The position numbers and the translations under genes were made by a program. A model generated the notes under the pieces. That model was not told where the DNA came from. It worked only from the letters and a program-made list of their open reading frames with translations, and searched no databases. A DNA stretch of 64,000 bases, from positions 545-64,544 of IMG/VR virus record IMGVR_UViG_3300025141_014484; one strand, written 5' to 3'. Every line of letters begins with the position of its first letter. Position 1 is the first letter of the stretch. This document shows positions 1 through 9,508 of the stretch, piece by piece. Source of the stretch: a virus (lineage: Duplodnaviria; Caudoviricetes).

Positions 1-114
1 TATAATCGTTTTAAGATTAATTTTATAGCAACAGTATTTTATACTAGTATAGGAACTTGGGAACTTGAGCCGTAACACGAAAAGGAATATTATGACAAAT
101 CGAGGTAGCAGAAG

Positions 115-633
115 ATGATGGATAAGAAAAAAACTATATGTGTATCAGGAGGGTTTGACCCGGTTCATATCGGCCACCTTAGAATGATGCAAGAGGCCGC
201 TCAATATGGCGAAGTCGTTGCTATTGTTAACTCTGACCAGTGGTTGATGCGAAAGAAGGGATATATTTTTATGCCCTTTGAAGAACGCTGTGAAATTATT
301 AGAGGCTTTAAGTGTGTGACGGCAACCTCTTCTGTAGGTGATGATGACGGCACTGTGTGTGAGGCCCTGCGGCGCCTTAAGCCAGATTATTTTGCCAATG
401 GCGGTGATCGCAAAACTGATAATACACCGGAAATGGACGTTTGCGAAGAATTTCAAATTGAATTATTATGGGCCGTCGGGGGCAACAAAATTCAAAGCTC
501 TTCTACATTAGTTAATGACTCGGGGGTAGTCTCTCCTTCTATAACAGTCACGGAAATCGATGGTGTAGATCTTACTCCCAGTAGGGTAGATATCATCGCA
601 TGCGGAGATATATCAAAGAATGGAGACTATTAA
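115..633 (+). CDS. Cytidylyltransferase-like nucleotidyltransferase (HIGH superfamily; TagD/RfaE/RibL-like)
   Basis: N-terminal SGGFDPVHIGHL (HIGH motif); ERCEIIR and PDYFANGGDR segments; C-terminal SSS motif typical of the family. Confidence 0.85.
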   Translation: MMDKKKTICVSGGFDPVHIGHLRMMQEAAQYGEVVAIVNSDQWLMRKKGYIFMPFEERCEIIRGFKCVTATSSVGDDDGTVCEALRRLKPDYFANGGDRKTDNTPEMDVCEEFQIELLWAVGGNKIQSSSTLVNDSGVVSPSITVTEIDGVDLTPSRVDIIACGDISKNGDY

Positions 634-642
634 AACAACGGC

Positions 643-653
643 CTATTTAATAG
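643..653 (+). promoter_or_regulatory. Putative phage late-promoter motif (CTATTTA)
   Basis: CTATTTAATAG in the intergenic gap, 26 nt before the ATG at 669; the same core precedes the genes at 36453, 57813 and 62663. Confidence 0.45.
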
Positions 654-668
654 TGATAAAGAATCTAT

Positions 669-1985
669 ATGAGCCGTAAAAAAATCTATGTTTTAGATAC
701 TAGTGTTTATCTAACAAATGCAGAATGCATATACGCTTTTAAAAATAATGATATTCATGTTCCTTTGAAAGTATTCGAGGAAATAGATAAACATAAAAAA
801 CGTCAAGATGCGGTCGGGGCCCAAGCGAGGAAGATTATTCGTATTTGGGACGGCCTACGTGCACGTGGATCTCTAGCAAAGGGATCCCGAATCCGGAAGG
901 GTTTAGGGTTAGTTCAGTCCATTAGTGCGGCTGGTATTACCCCCCAAGATCTTCCATATGACCTTGATATGAAGGTCCCCGATCATTTGATTATTGCTAC
1001 CGCCCTGAAAGCGCAACGAGAAACCGATCGTAAAGTTATTTTAGTATCGCGGGACATCAACATGCGTGTTATTGCGGATGCAGTTGGTCTCACATCAGAA
1101 GACTTTCAAAATAATCAGGTTGTTGATAATAGCGAAAACATATATGAAGGCTGTGCAACCGTTTTAGTAGACGATCAAACAATTGATAGGTTTTACGAAA
1201 GGCAGAGCGTGTATTTAGAGAACAAAGGTCTCTATTCTAATCAATATGTTATGATGGTTTCTAGTGCCAATGAAAAGAAGACAGCTTTAGGCCGCTATAC
1301 AAGTGATTCAATGCCCGTACGGCAACTACTAAAAAGTCAAAAGATTTGGGGAATTAAACCACGAAACAAGGAACAACAGTTTTTGATGGACTCTCTAATG
1401 GACCCTACAGTCCAAATTGTCACAGTCATTGGCAAAGCAGGTAGCGGTAAGACGATCTGTGCGATCGCTGCAGGCCTTGAACAGACCATAGACGAGACCA
1501 CACAAGACTACACGCGCGTAATCGTTTCTAGGCCCATACAGCCCCTCGGAAAAGACATCGGTTTTCTTCCCGGGAGCCTAGAAGAGAAGATGACCCCTTG
1601 GTTGATGCCCATCCAAGATAATTTGCAGTTTTTAATGGGAAATGATAAATTAACCCTTGACATTTATATACAAAAGGGTACAATAGAGATAGAAGCATTG
1701 ACTTATATTCGTGGGCGCTCAATCTCAAACGCCTTTATCATAATAGATGAGGCACAAAACTTGACAACTCACGAATTAAAGACTATAATAACAAGAGTGG
1801 GAGAAGGAACCAAAATTGTGTTGACCGGGGACGTAGAACAGATCGATAATGTTTATATCGATGCGACGTCCAATGGTTTGACACATGCTGTGGAAAAGTT
1901 CAAAAAGTTTGAACTGGCGTCACACATAACCTTACACAAGGGCGAACGCTCTAAAGTTGCAACCTTCGCCGCTCAGAATTTGTGA
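669..1985 (+). CDS. phoH: PhoH-family ATPase with N-terminal PIN domain (PhoH2/YlaK type)
   Basis: PIN motifs VLDTSV, EEID, PDHLII, SRDINMR; P-loop GKAGSGKT; GFLPG, YIRGRS, IIDEAQN, GDVEQID. Confidence 0.93.
   Translation: MSRKKIYVLDTSVYLTNAECIYAFKNNDIHVPLKVFEEIDKHKKRQDAVGAQARKIIRIWDGLRARGSLAKGSRIRKGLGLVQSISAAGITPQDLPYDLDMKVPDHLIIATALKAQRETDRKVILVSRDINMRVIADAVGLTSEDFQNNQVVDNSENIYEGCATVLVDDQTIDRFYERQSVYLENKGLYSNQYVMMVSSANEKKTALGRYTSDSMPVRQLLKSQKIWGIKPRNKEQQFLMDSLMDPTVQIVTVIGKAGSGKTICAIAAGLEQTIDETTQDYTRVIVSRPIQPLGKDIGFLPGSLEEKMTPWLMPIQDNLQFLMGNDKLTLDIYIQKGTIEIEALTYIRGRSISNAFIIIDEAQNLTTHELKTIITRVGEGTKIVLTGDVEQIDNVYIDATSNGLTHAVEKFKKFELASHITLHKGERSKVATFAAQNL
1761..1789 (+). promoter_or_regulatory. 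Perfect-consensus sigma70 promoter internal to phoH
   Basis: TTGACA (1761-1766), 17-nt spacer, TATAAT (1784-1789). Confidence 0.6.
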
Positions 1986-1992
1986 GAATAAA

Positions 1993-2232
1993 ATGGAAAA
2001 TGAAAACCCTGATTTAGTGCTACCGGTCGCCGCTACGACACCCTTGAAAGATATGGTGGTTAATTATATTGGCGAGAGGCTTAACCCCAAAGATGGAAAT
2101 ATAACAGTGGAGATGGCAGTTGACGTTTTTGCAGCTGAATTTCCTGAATTTTTAATGGCAATTGCTGAAGAAAACTTTTTACGAGGGTATCAGCAAGCAA
2201 TTAATGATGTTGAAAATACTACAAAAGAGTAA
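1993..2232 (+). CDS. Hypothetical protein (79 aa)
   Basis: ATG 1993 just after the phoH stop; its stop overlaps the next ATG (TAATG). Confidence 0.75.
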   Translation: MENENPDLVLPVAATTPLKDMVVNYIGERLNPKDGNITVEMAVDVFAAEFPEFLMAIAEENFLRGYQQAINDVENTTKE

Positions 2233-2852
2233 TGGAATATTATATATACAACATCCCGGTCTTTGTCATTAACGAACCCGATGAGTCGGTTGACATACCT
2301 ACATTTTGTGTAGAAGTAGAAGAACATATACCACAAAATATGCTTCACAATGTTGAAGTAGTATATATCGGACAATTTCGAGAATTAAAAGATCGTAATG
2401 CCATGTATAATAATGGTGGAATTTATATAAGCTCCATGGAACCAACTAATTTTGATATGTTAGAAAACTTTATTCATGAAGTAGCTCACTCATTAGAATC
2501 GAATTATGGAATGATGATTTATGACGAAGAATTAGTTCGAGAATTTAAAGGAAAAAGAAGTAGGCTCCATCACTTACTTAAAGCGGAGGGATATCATATA
2601 AATCCCATTTTATATTCTTTTACAGAGTATAACAAAAAATTTGATAACTTTTTGGCAAATGAGGTGGGGTATCCCATGCTTCTTTCCTTGACAATAGGAT
2701 TATTTGCGTCCCCTTACGGGGCCACCTCTATTCAAGAGTATTTTGCAAACGGATTCGAGAAGTATTTTCTCGACAACCCACGAACGGTGAAAAATATATC
2801 ACCAGTTCTGTATAGAAAGATTGAAGAAATAATTAATGACGACGAAGCGTGA
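2232..2852 (+). CDS. Putative zinc metallopeptidase (HExxH; anthrax-LF/PPEP-like fold)
   Basis: FIHEVAHSLE plus downstream SPYGATSIQEYFANGF (Tyr and third-ligand Glu pattern). Confidence 0.6.
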   Translation: MEYYIYNIPVFVINEPDESVDIPTFCVEVEEHIPQNMLHNVEVVYIGQFRELKDRNAMYNNGGIYISSMEPTNFDMLENFIHEVAHSLESNYGMMIYDEELVREFKGKRSRLHHLLKAEGYHINPILYSFTEYNKKFDNFLANEVGYPMLLSLTIGLFASPYGATSIQEYFANGFEKYFLDNPRTVKNISPVLYRKIEEIINDDEA

Positions 2853-3618
2853 ACACATATCATATTCTGAATTGAAAGACTGGGCACAATGCCCCCACTA
2901 TCACAAGAAAGCCTGGATTGAAAGAGTTGCCCCGTTTGAGGGTAATGAATATACAGCCTTTGGAAGTGCCATACATGATGTATGTGAAAAGAAGCTCCTA
3001 AAAGAAGACATCAATGAAGGAGAAGTATTCCAGCTCGGCTTTGCTAAAAGGCTGCAGGAACTCCTAGAAAAAAATATTGAGTTTAATGGGTCCAATGTCC
3101 AACAAATGAAGACAGCCGGCCCTGCAATTTTAGCCGAGGTCGATGATGCACTGAAAGAATATTTTGGTGACTATGAAGTTTTTTCCTCTGAGGAAATGTT
3201 ATATGTCCCAATTGAAGATTTCAACATTAATTTTAAAGGGTTTGTTGACGCAGTCGTAAAGGTGGGTGATACATATCATCTATTTGACTGGAAGACTTGC
3301 TCCTGGGGTTGGGACTCCCGAAAGAAAGCGGAAAAGTTGGTTACGTATCAGTTGACTTTATACAAGCATTTTTTCTGTCAAAAGCATAAAATTGACCCAA
3401 AAAATGTGGAAACCCACTTTGCTTTATTGAAAAGAACAGCTAAAAAAGACCGTGTAGAGATATTTAGAGTAACGAGCGGCCAGCAAAAAACTGAAAATGC
3501 TCTTAAACTTCTCTATCAAGCAATCTATAATATCACTAAAAGATTTAGCATCAAGAATCGACTGAATTGTCATAAGCCGTATCCCTGTAAGTTGCTGAAC
3601 ACTAAACATTGTACATAA
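2836..3618 (+). CDS. PD-(D/E)XK exonuclease, Cas4/AddB-like
   Basis: HISYS...CP, FGSAIH, GFVDAV, FDWKT, QLTLY; three C-terminal Cys plus one N-terminal Cys (Fe-S staple pattern). Confidence 0.85.
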   Translation: MTTKREHISYSELKDWAQCPHYHKKAWIERVAPFEGNEYTAFGSAIHDVCEKKLLKEDINEGEVFQLGFAKRLQELLEKNIEFNGSNVQQMKTAGPAILAEVDDALKEYFGDYEVFSSEEMLYVPIEDFNINFKGFVDAVVKVGDTYHLFDWKTCSWGWDSRKKAEKLVTYQLTLYKHFFCQKHKIDPKNVETHFALLKRTAKKDRVEIFRVTSGQQKTENALKLLYQAIYNITKRFSIKNRLNCHKPYPCKLLNTKHCT

Positions 3619-3627
3619 GGAATTCAT

Positions 3628-4878
3628 ATGTCTGAAAAAATTAAGATTTTTACAATCAGTGACCATCCCCTATCCCCCTCGGGCGTTGGCACTCAAACAA
3701 AATATATTATTGAGGGGATGTTAAAAACGGGAAAATATGAGTTCGTCTCCTTTGGGGGGGCAGTAAACCACCCCCAACACCAGCCTCAAAAGACCGAACA
3801 ATGGGGCGACGACTGGATCATCTGGCCCATCGATGGGTACGGGAACAAGGATCAAGTCCGGTCCATGATCCATCAGCAAAAACCAGATATTTTATGGTTT
3901 ATGACAGATCCAAGATTTTTTACATGGCTTTGGGAAATAGAGCACGAAATTCGAGAGCACATTCCTATGGTTTATTATCATGTATGGGACAATTACCCGG
4001 CTCCAAAGTTTAATAGACCGCTCTATCTCTCTAATGACCACGTGGCGTGTATTTCACGCTTAACACATGATATTGTTCAGACGGTCGCTCCGGAGGTAAA
4101 GAGTTCATATGTCCCGCATGCGGTTGATTCAGAAATATTTGCTCCCATTGGTCGCGAGGGAAAGGAACAGCTTAAGGAGACTCATGGCCTGAAAGACAAG
4201 TTCGTGTGTTTTTGGAATAACCGCAACGCGCGCCGAAAGCAGTCGGGAACTTTAATTTGGTGGTTTAAGGACTTTTTAGATCGAGTGGGACATGACAAAG
4301 CAACACTTATTATGCACACAGATACAAAGGACCAACACGGTCAAGATTTGGATGCAATTATAGCTGAGTTAGGTCTCACAGATGGCCAAGTTATGTTTTC
4401 AAGAGCTAAAGTGCAACCATCAGACATGGCCGGCCTTTATAATATGTCAGATGTGACAATTAATATTTCCGATGCCGAAGGTTTTGGTTTGGCGACCTTA
4501 GAATCCTTATCTTGTGGGACCCCCATATTAGTCAATATGACCGGAGGCCTCCAAGACCAAGTAACCGATGGGGAAAACTGGTTTGGTATCGGATTAGAAC
4601 CGTCGTCGAAAGCCATAATCGGCTCCCAACAGGTGCCTTACATTTACGAAGATCGTCTTAATAAGGACGACTTTTTAGATGCATTAAATAAGTTATATGA
4701 TATGAATTCAGTAGACAGAGATAAGCTGGGAAGTGCCGGCAGAGCTTGGGTAGAAAAAAAGTTTAATTTTGATGATTTTATTAACACATGGGATACTTTA
4801 TTTACTGAGTTAAATGAATCAGCCGGCTCCTGGGACGATCGAGAAAATTATACACCATACGAAATGAGGGTCTTTTAA
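3628..4878 (+). CDS. Glycosyltransferase family 4 (GT-B)
   Basis: SGVGTQ, HAVD, NRNARRK, AEGFGLATLESLSCGTP. Confidence 0.9.
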   Translation: MSEKIKIFTISDHPLSPSGVGTQTKYIIEGMLKTGKYEFVSFGGAVNHPQHQPQKTEQWGDDWIIWPIDGYGNKDQVRSMIHQQKPDILWFMTDPRFFTWLWEIEHEIREHIPMVYYHVWDNYPAPKFNRPLYLSNDHVACISRLTHDIVQTVAPEVKSSYVPHAVDSEIFAPIGREGKEQLKETHGLKDKFVCFWNNRNARRKQSGTLIWWFKDFLDRVGHDKATLIMHTDTKDQHGQDLDAIIAELGLTDGQVMFSRAKVQPSDMAGLYNMSDVTINISDAEGFGLATLESLSCGTPILVNMTGGLQDQVTDGENWFGIGLEPSSKAIIGSQQVPYIYEDRLNKDDFLDALNKLYDMNSVDRDKLGSAGRAWVEKKFNFDDFINTWDTLFTELNESAGSWDDRENYTPYEMRVF

Positions 4879-6851
4879 TGAGAAAAAAAATTATAGTCAA
4901 AGCCCCGGCGCTATCACGCTCTGGTTACGGGGAGCAGAGTCGTTTTGCTCTACGCGCGCTCCGAAGTCGAGATGATCTATTTGATATATATCTAGTTAAT
5001 ATTCCTTGGGGCCACACCGGGATGATAACAGAGAATGATGAGGAACGTCAGTGGATTGATCAAACAATTTTGAAAACTGGCGCGCAAGCCCAGAACGACA
5101 CTTCCTATGATATGTCTCTACAAATTACGGTACCGAACGAATTTGAACAAATGGCGCCAGTGAATATTGGATATACTGCCGGCATTGAAACAACTAAGGT
5201 CGCCCCCGAGTGGATTGCGAAATGTAACGAGGTTGTCGAGAGGTTGATCGTTGTTTCTAACCACTCGAAAAAAGTATTTGAAAGCACGAAATACAATGTA
5301 AAAGATGATCAGGGAAACGAACACCCGGGCTGGGGCCTTCACAAGCCTGTTTGTGCAGTGAACTATCCGGTAAGAAAAACAGACCCAGAGCCCTTAGAAA
5401 TAGAATTTGAAACAACAAATAATTTTCTTGTTGTTTCCCAATGGGCAATCCGCAAGAATATAGAGAATACGGTAAAATGGTTTATCGAAGCTTTCCGTGA
5501 CGATCCAGACGCCGGTCTTGTATTAAAGACAAATACGGCCGCCGATTCTATTACTGACAGAGAATTTACAGCATTTAGATTAAAAGAGCTGTTGAAATCT
5601 TGCGGCGAATATAAATGTAAAATTTATTTTCTTCATGGCACAATATCTCCGGGTAATTTAACATGGTTATATAAGCACCCTACTATGCGCGCCTTAATTA
5701 ATATTGGCCACGGAGAAGGATTTGGCTTACCATTATTTGAGGCTGCTTATGCTGGGCTCCCGTTAATCACGGTTACATGGAGTGGCCATATGGATTTTAT
5801 TTGTAAACCAAATAAAAAAGGAAAAGAAGTGCCTAAGGTAATGCGTGTTGATTATGATTTAAAGACTGTCCAACCTGAGGCCGTTTGGAAGGGAGTAATC
5901 AACGACGATTCTATGTGGGCATATGCCAAAGAGGCCTCATTTAAACGCGCCTTAAAAGAGGCGATAAGCAAAAAAGCCCACTGGAAAAAAGAAGCAAAAC
6001 TTCTTCAGAATCATATCCTTGAAAATTTCACTACAGAAAAAATGTATGATGAGTTTGTTAGGGGGGTTTATGGAGAAGAAATAACCGCACAAGTAGAAAC
6101 AGAACAACTTCCAAAAATCTCGTTGATAACATCAGTTTATGATGCCGGTGACCATATTGATCAGCTTATGGAAGACATAACCCAGCAAACTATTTTTGAG
6201 GACAAATGTGAGTGGATTATTCTTAATGCCAATAAGACTGGCAATGACGCCGAAGAAGAAACAATTCTAAAGTATGTTGATAAGTACCCTAATAATATCA
6301 TATACAAACGTCTCGAAGAGGATCCGGGCGTATATGGGGTGTGGAACCAGGGTGTACACATGTCCACAGGAGAATATATTACAAATGTAAATTGCGATGA
6401 CCGGCGACATCCTAAATGTTTAGAAAATCAGTCAAAGCTTCTTTATTCGGACGACGAGACAGATCTTGTGTATATCGATTCGTATGTCGTCCAGGAGCCA
6501 AACAAACAGTGGAAAGATGTAGACTCACAGACACAACGCTATAATTTTGAAGAATTCAGTGTTGAAGCTATGTTGCGTGGGAATCTCCCACATAACAATC
6601 CCATGTGGAAGAAAACTCTTCATGACCGGTTCGGTTATTTTGATGAAAATTACCGTTCTGCAGCCGACTGGGATCTATGGTTGCGCTGCGCAATTGGTGG
6701 AGCAAAGTTCAAAAAGCACCCGCAAATTATGGGAGTGTATTATTTTAGTCCAACCGGGATTTCAACAAACCCAGAGAATAATGTCTGGAAGAGAAAAGAA
6801 GAAAGAGATGTCTTCCAAAAACACCTTGTGGAATATCAGAAAAGTCAGTAG
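4878..6851 (+). CDS. Two-domain glycosyltransferase (GT4 + GT2 fusion)
   Basis: N-half has SGYG...GEGFGLPLFEAA (GT-B); C-half has ISLITSVY, NVNCDD, AADWDLWLR (GT-A). Confidence 0.85.
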   Translation: MRKKIIVKAPALSRSGYGEQSRFALRALRSRDDLFDIYLVNIPWGHTGMITENDEERQWIDQTILKTGAQAQNDTSYDMSLQITVPNEFEQMAPVNIGYTAGIETTKVAPEWIAKCNEVVERLIVVSNHSKKVFESTKYNVKDDQGNEHPGWGLHKPVCAVNYPVRKTDPEPLEIEFETTNNFLVVSQWAIRKNIENTVKWFIEAFRDDPDAGLVLKTNTAADSITDREFTAFRLKELLKSCGEYKCKIYFLHGTISPGNLTWLYKHPTMRALINIGHGEGFGLPLFEAAYAGLPLITVTWSGHMDFICKPNKKGKEVPKVMRVDYDLKTVQPEAVWKGVINDDSMWAYAKEASFKRALKEAISKKAHWKKEAKLLQNHILENFTTEKMYDEFVRGVYGEEITAQVETEQLPKISLITSVYDAGDHIDQLMEDITQQTIFEDKCEWIILNANKTGNDAEEETILKYVDKYPNNIIYKRLEEDPGVYGVWNQGVHMSTGEYITNVNCDDRRHPKCLENQSKLLYSDDETDLVYIDSYVVQEPNKQWKDVDSQTQRYNFEEFSVEAMLRGNLPHNNPMWKKTLHDRFGYFDENYRSAADWDLWLRCAIGGAKFKKHPQIMGVYYFSPTGISTNPENNVWKRKEERDVFQKHLVEYQKSQ

Positions 6852-6863
6852 CGGAACAGGCTG

Positions 6864-7868
6864 ATGGAACTGTCTCAAAATATTTTAATAACAGGCGGCG
6901 CGGGGTTTATAGGGCACCATATTGTTGAGTATTTACTTAAAAATACTGATCACAACATTATATCACTAGACCGAATAGACACATCTTGTACTCTTGGTCG
7001 CTTAAGCCAGATTTTATTAGAAAACCCGGAATATCGACCACGACTTAAAATTGTTTGGCATGATTTAAAATCTCCAATTAACACCCACGTGACTGAAGAA
7101 ATTGGTTCCGTAGATTATATTTTACATTTAGCTGCTGGTTCACATGTTGATCGAAGTGTCAAGAACCCAATGGGTTTTGTGATGGATAATATTGTGGGCA
7201 CCGTCAATTTATTGGAGTATGCTCGCCACGAATTAGCAGCAACCCTTAAGATTTTCTTAAATTTTAGTACAGACGAGGTTTACGGCCCTGCGATTGAAGG
7301 GATTAAATTCAAGGAGAACGATCGCCACAACCCATGCAACCCGTATTCGGCCTCGAAGTCCGCTGCGGAGCACATGTGCAACTCGTATTTCACTACGTAT
7401 GGAGTACCAGTTATAACAACCCACACAATGAATGTTTATGGTATAAGGCAAAGCAATGAAAAATTTATCCCTCTTATTATCAATAAGGTGTTGAACGGCG
7501 AAAAAATACAGATTCATACCGACGAAGAGGGGAATGTGGGCTCGCGAAAATATCTTAATGCGGCAGATGTAGCTTCGGCTATATTATTCTTATTAGAAAA
7601 AGGTATCGTCGGGGAGAAGTATAACATAGCGTCAGATGAAGAGATTTCAAACCTCCAACTTGCTGCCACAATTGCGGAGATTATGGGAGAGGCCCTGGAT
7701 TATGAATTAAAATATCCTAAAGAAACCAGGGGGAAGAACGATACTCGATACTCAATTTCTGGACAGAAACTTCGTGCCTTGGGCTGGCGGCAGAAAATTT
7801 TCTTGCAAGATGGTTTAAGAGAGGTGGTTAGGTGGCATACCGCCCACGCCATGGTCGGCGGTCGATGA
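6864..7868 (+). CDS. rmlB: dTDP-glucose 4,6-dehydratase-like (RmlB)
   Basis: TGGAGFIG, HLAAGSHVDRS, STDEVYG, PYSASK, EKFIP. Confidence 0.85.
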   Translation: MELSQNILITGGAGFIGHHIVEYLLKNTDHNIISLDRIDTSCTLGRLSQILLENPEYRPRLKIVWHDLKSPINTHVTEEIGSVDYILHLAAGSHVDRSVKNPMGFVMDNIVGTVNLLEYARHELAATLKIFLNFSTDEVYGPAIEGIKFKENDRHNPCNPYSASKSAAEHMCNSYFTTYGVPVITTHTMNVYGIRQSNEKFIPLIINKVLNGEKIQIHTDEEGNVGSRKYLNAADVASAILFLLEKGIVGEKYNIASDEEISNLQLAATIAEIMGEALDYELKYPKETRGKNDTRYSISGQKLRALGWRQKIFLQDGLREVVRWHTAHAMVGGR

Positions 7869-7869
7869 A

Positions 7870-8664
7870 GTGGACTTATGTACTGTAATAAGCGAGAGGT
7901 TTATCCCCCAGGCTCTTAATTTAATAAAGAGCTATAAGATACACTCATATGATGCAAAGGTGTATGTATATTATTTTAATACAGATGTTGAAAAACTAAA
8001 AATTTTTAATTACTTATTTGGTGACCAAGTGGTGCTCAAACCAGTTGAAGAAGTTTGTCCTCATGCATACAACCCCCGCGCGTTCTTCTATAAAACATAC
8101 GCACTTTATGACGCGCTAGTAAATCAATCCGACGCTGTTGTTTATTCAGATTCAGCATCTTGCTTTATTGGAGATGCCACCAATATTGGGGCTGACCTGA
8201 TAGATGACTCACTGTTTATGGTATATACAAACCCCCAGCTCATTAACAAGAAATGGACCACCACTGCGTGTTTGGAAGCACTCAACGCCCCCGGCGCAGA
8301 GTTTATGCCCCAGTATTGGGCCGGCTTTCAGGCATACAATCGCACAACAGAAAATTTATCTTTTGTAACGGAAATGTATGAAAACATGAAAAATCCAAAA
8401 GTTGCTTTACCTCCAGTGGGCATATCTTATCCGGATGGGCAAGACACAGCCTGTATAGAACACCGATGCGATCAGTCAGTTTTGTCGATCCTGATCCACA
8501 AGCACAACAGACACCAATCGTACGATACTGTGAAAAATGCGAAATATGGTGATTGGCAAACTATTGTGAGCTTTGATGGATCTTATGTTATTCCAACAGA
8601 ACAAATGGTATTATCTCCGCGCGAGTCTAAAACTGGCCAGTTTAGGTTTTTAAAAAATGCTTGA
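7870..8664 (+). CDS. Putative GT-A-type glycosyltransferase-like protein
   Basis: GTG start; YSDSA (DxD-like) and EHRCDQSVLSIL motif seen in nucleotide-diphospho-sugar transferase-like proteins; gene context. Confidence 0.5.
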   Translation: MDLCTVISERFIPQALNLIKSYKIHSYDAKVYVYYFNTDVEKLKIFNYLFGDQVVLKPVEEVCPHAYNPRAFFYKTYALYDALVNQSDAVVYSDSASCFIGDATNIGADLIDDSLFMVYTNPQLINKKWTTTACLEALNAPGAEFMPQYWAGFQAYNRTTENLSFVTEMYENMKNPKVALPPVGISYPDGQDTACIEHRCDQSVLSILIHKHNRHQSYDTVKNAKYGDWQTIVSFDGSYVIPTEQMVLSPRESKTGQFRFLKNA

Positions 8665-9508
8665 TATCTTGATATTAGGGGGAAATCGATTTTCTGGGAA
8701 GTTGGTCACAGAAAAATTATATAATCAAGGGCACAATATAACAGTTTTAAACAGGACAGGTACAGCCCCTGTGCCATGTAAAATTATACAAGGTGATAGA
8801 AATGACGAGAGCTGGCTAAAATCTGCGCTTCAAGATAAATTTTTTGATTGCATTGTTGATATGTGTCTATATCGTTTGGAACAAGCGAAAAAATCTATAC
8901 CAATATTTGAAAGCAGCACAAATAGATATGTTTTTATTAGTAGCATCGCCGCGTATCAACAAAGTGAAGTGTTTCCCATTAACGAGAACCACCCGTCCGG
9001 TCCTTGGCCTATACACGGGGACTATGGAATAGAAAAATTAAAAATAGAGCGTTATTTGCCATCATTTAAAGGCCTTTCCTATGTCATCTTGCGTCCAACA
9101 TATGTTATAGGAAAAAATAACCACCATAACAGGGAAGGCTATTATTTTGATAAAATATTAAATAATGAACCAATTGACATTGAGGGCGATGGAAAAGCAA
9201 TATTATCATTTGTGTTTGTAGAAGATGTTGCTAATATCATTGTTATTCTTGCGACATCAAGCAAGCTGCCTAAGGAGGTATATAACATCTGCAATGATGA
9301 GTTTATCACCATAAAAGGGTTCATTGAACTACTATCTGGTGTAATAGGAAAATCCGTCCCCCTTAATACTGTTGATGAAGTGGTGTCGTTTAAGAATGAG
9401 CACTGTTTTTTTTCGAACGAGAAAGTAAAAAAGTATTTGAATTATAAATTTAAATCATTAAAACAAGGAATATCAGAATTATATGAGCACGCATATAAAA
9501 TACCCTAG
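8657..9508 (+). CDS. NAD-dependent epimerase/dehydratase family (atypical SDR)
   Basis: ILGGNRFSG, FISSIAAY, YGIEK (YxxxK), LRPTYV. Confidence 0.85.
   Translation: MLDILILGGNRFSGKLVTEKLYNQGHNITVLNRTGTAPVPCKIIQGDRNDESWLKSALQDKFFDCIVDMCLYRLEQAKKSIPIFESSTNRYVFISSIAAYQQSEVFPINENHPSGPWPIHGDYGIEKLKIERYLPSFKGLSYVILRPTYVIGKNNHHNREGYYFDKILNNEPIDIEGDGKAILSFVFVEDVANIIVILATSSKLPKEVYNICNDEFITIKGFIELLSGVIGKSVPLNTVDEVVSFKNEHCFFSNEKVKKYLNYKFKSLKQGISELYEHAYKIP

Noticed and set aside
52-118. GGAACTTG tandem duplication and an 8-codon mini-ORF (MTNRGSRR, 92-118) upstream of the first gene
   Set aside because: Too short to distinguish from chance, and the upstream context is cut off by the window edge.
2836-3618. 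Cas4-like gene as evidence of a CRISPR-Cas system
   Set aside because: No cas1/cas2 and no repeat-spacer array seen; stand-alone Cas4-like nucleases are common in phages.
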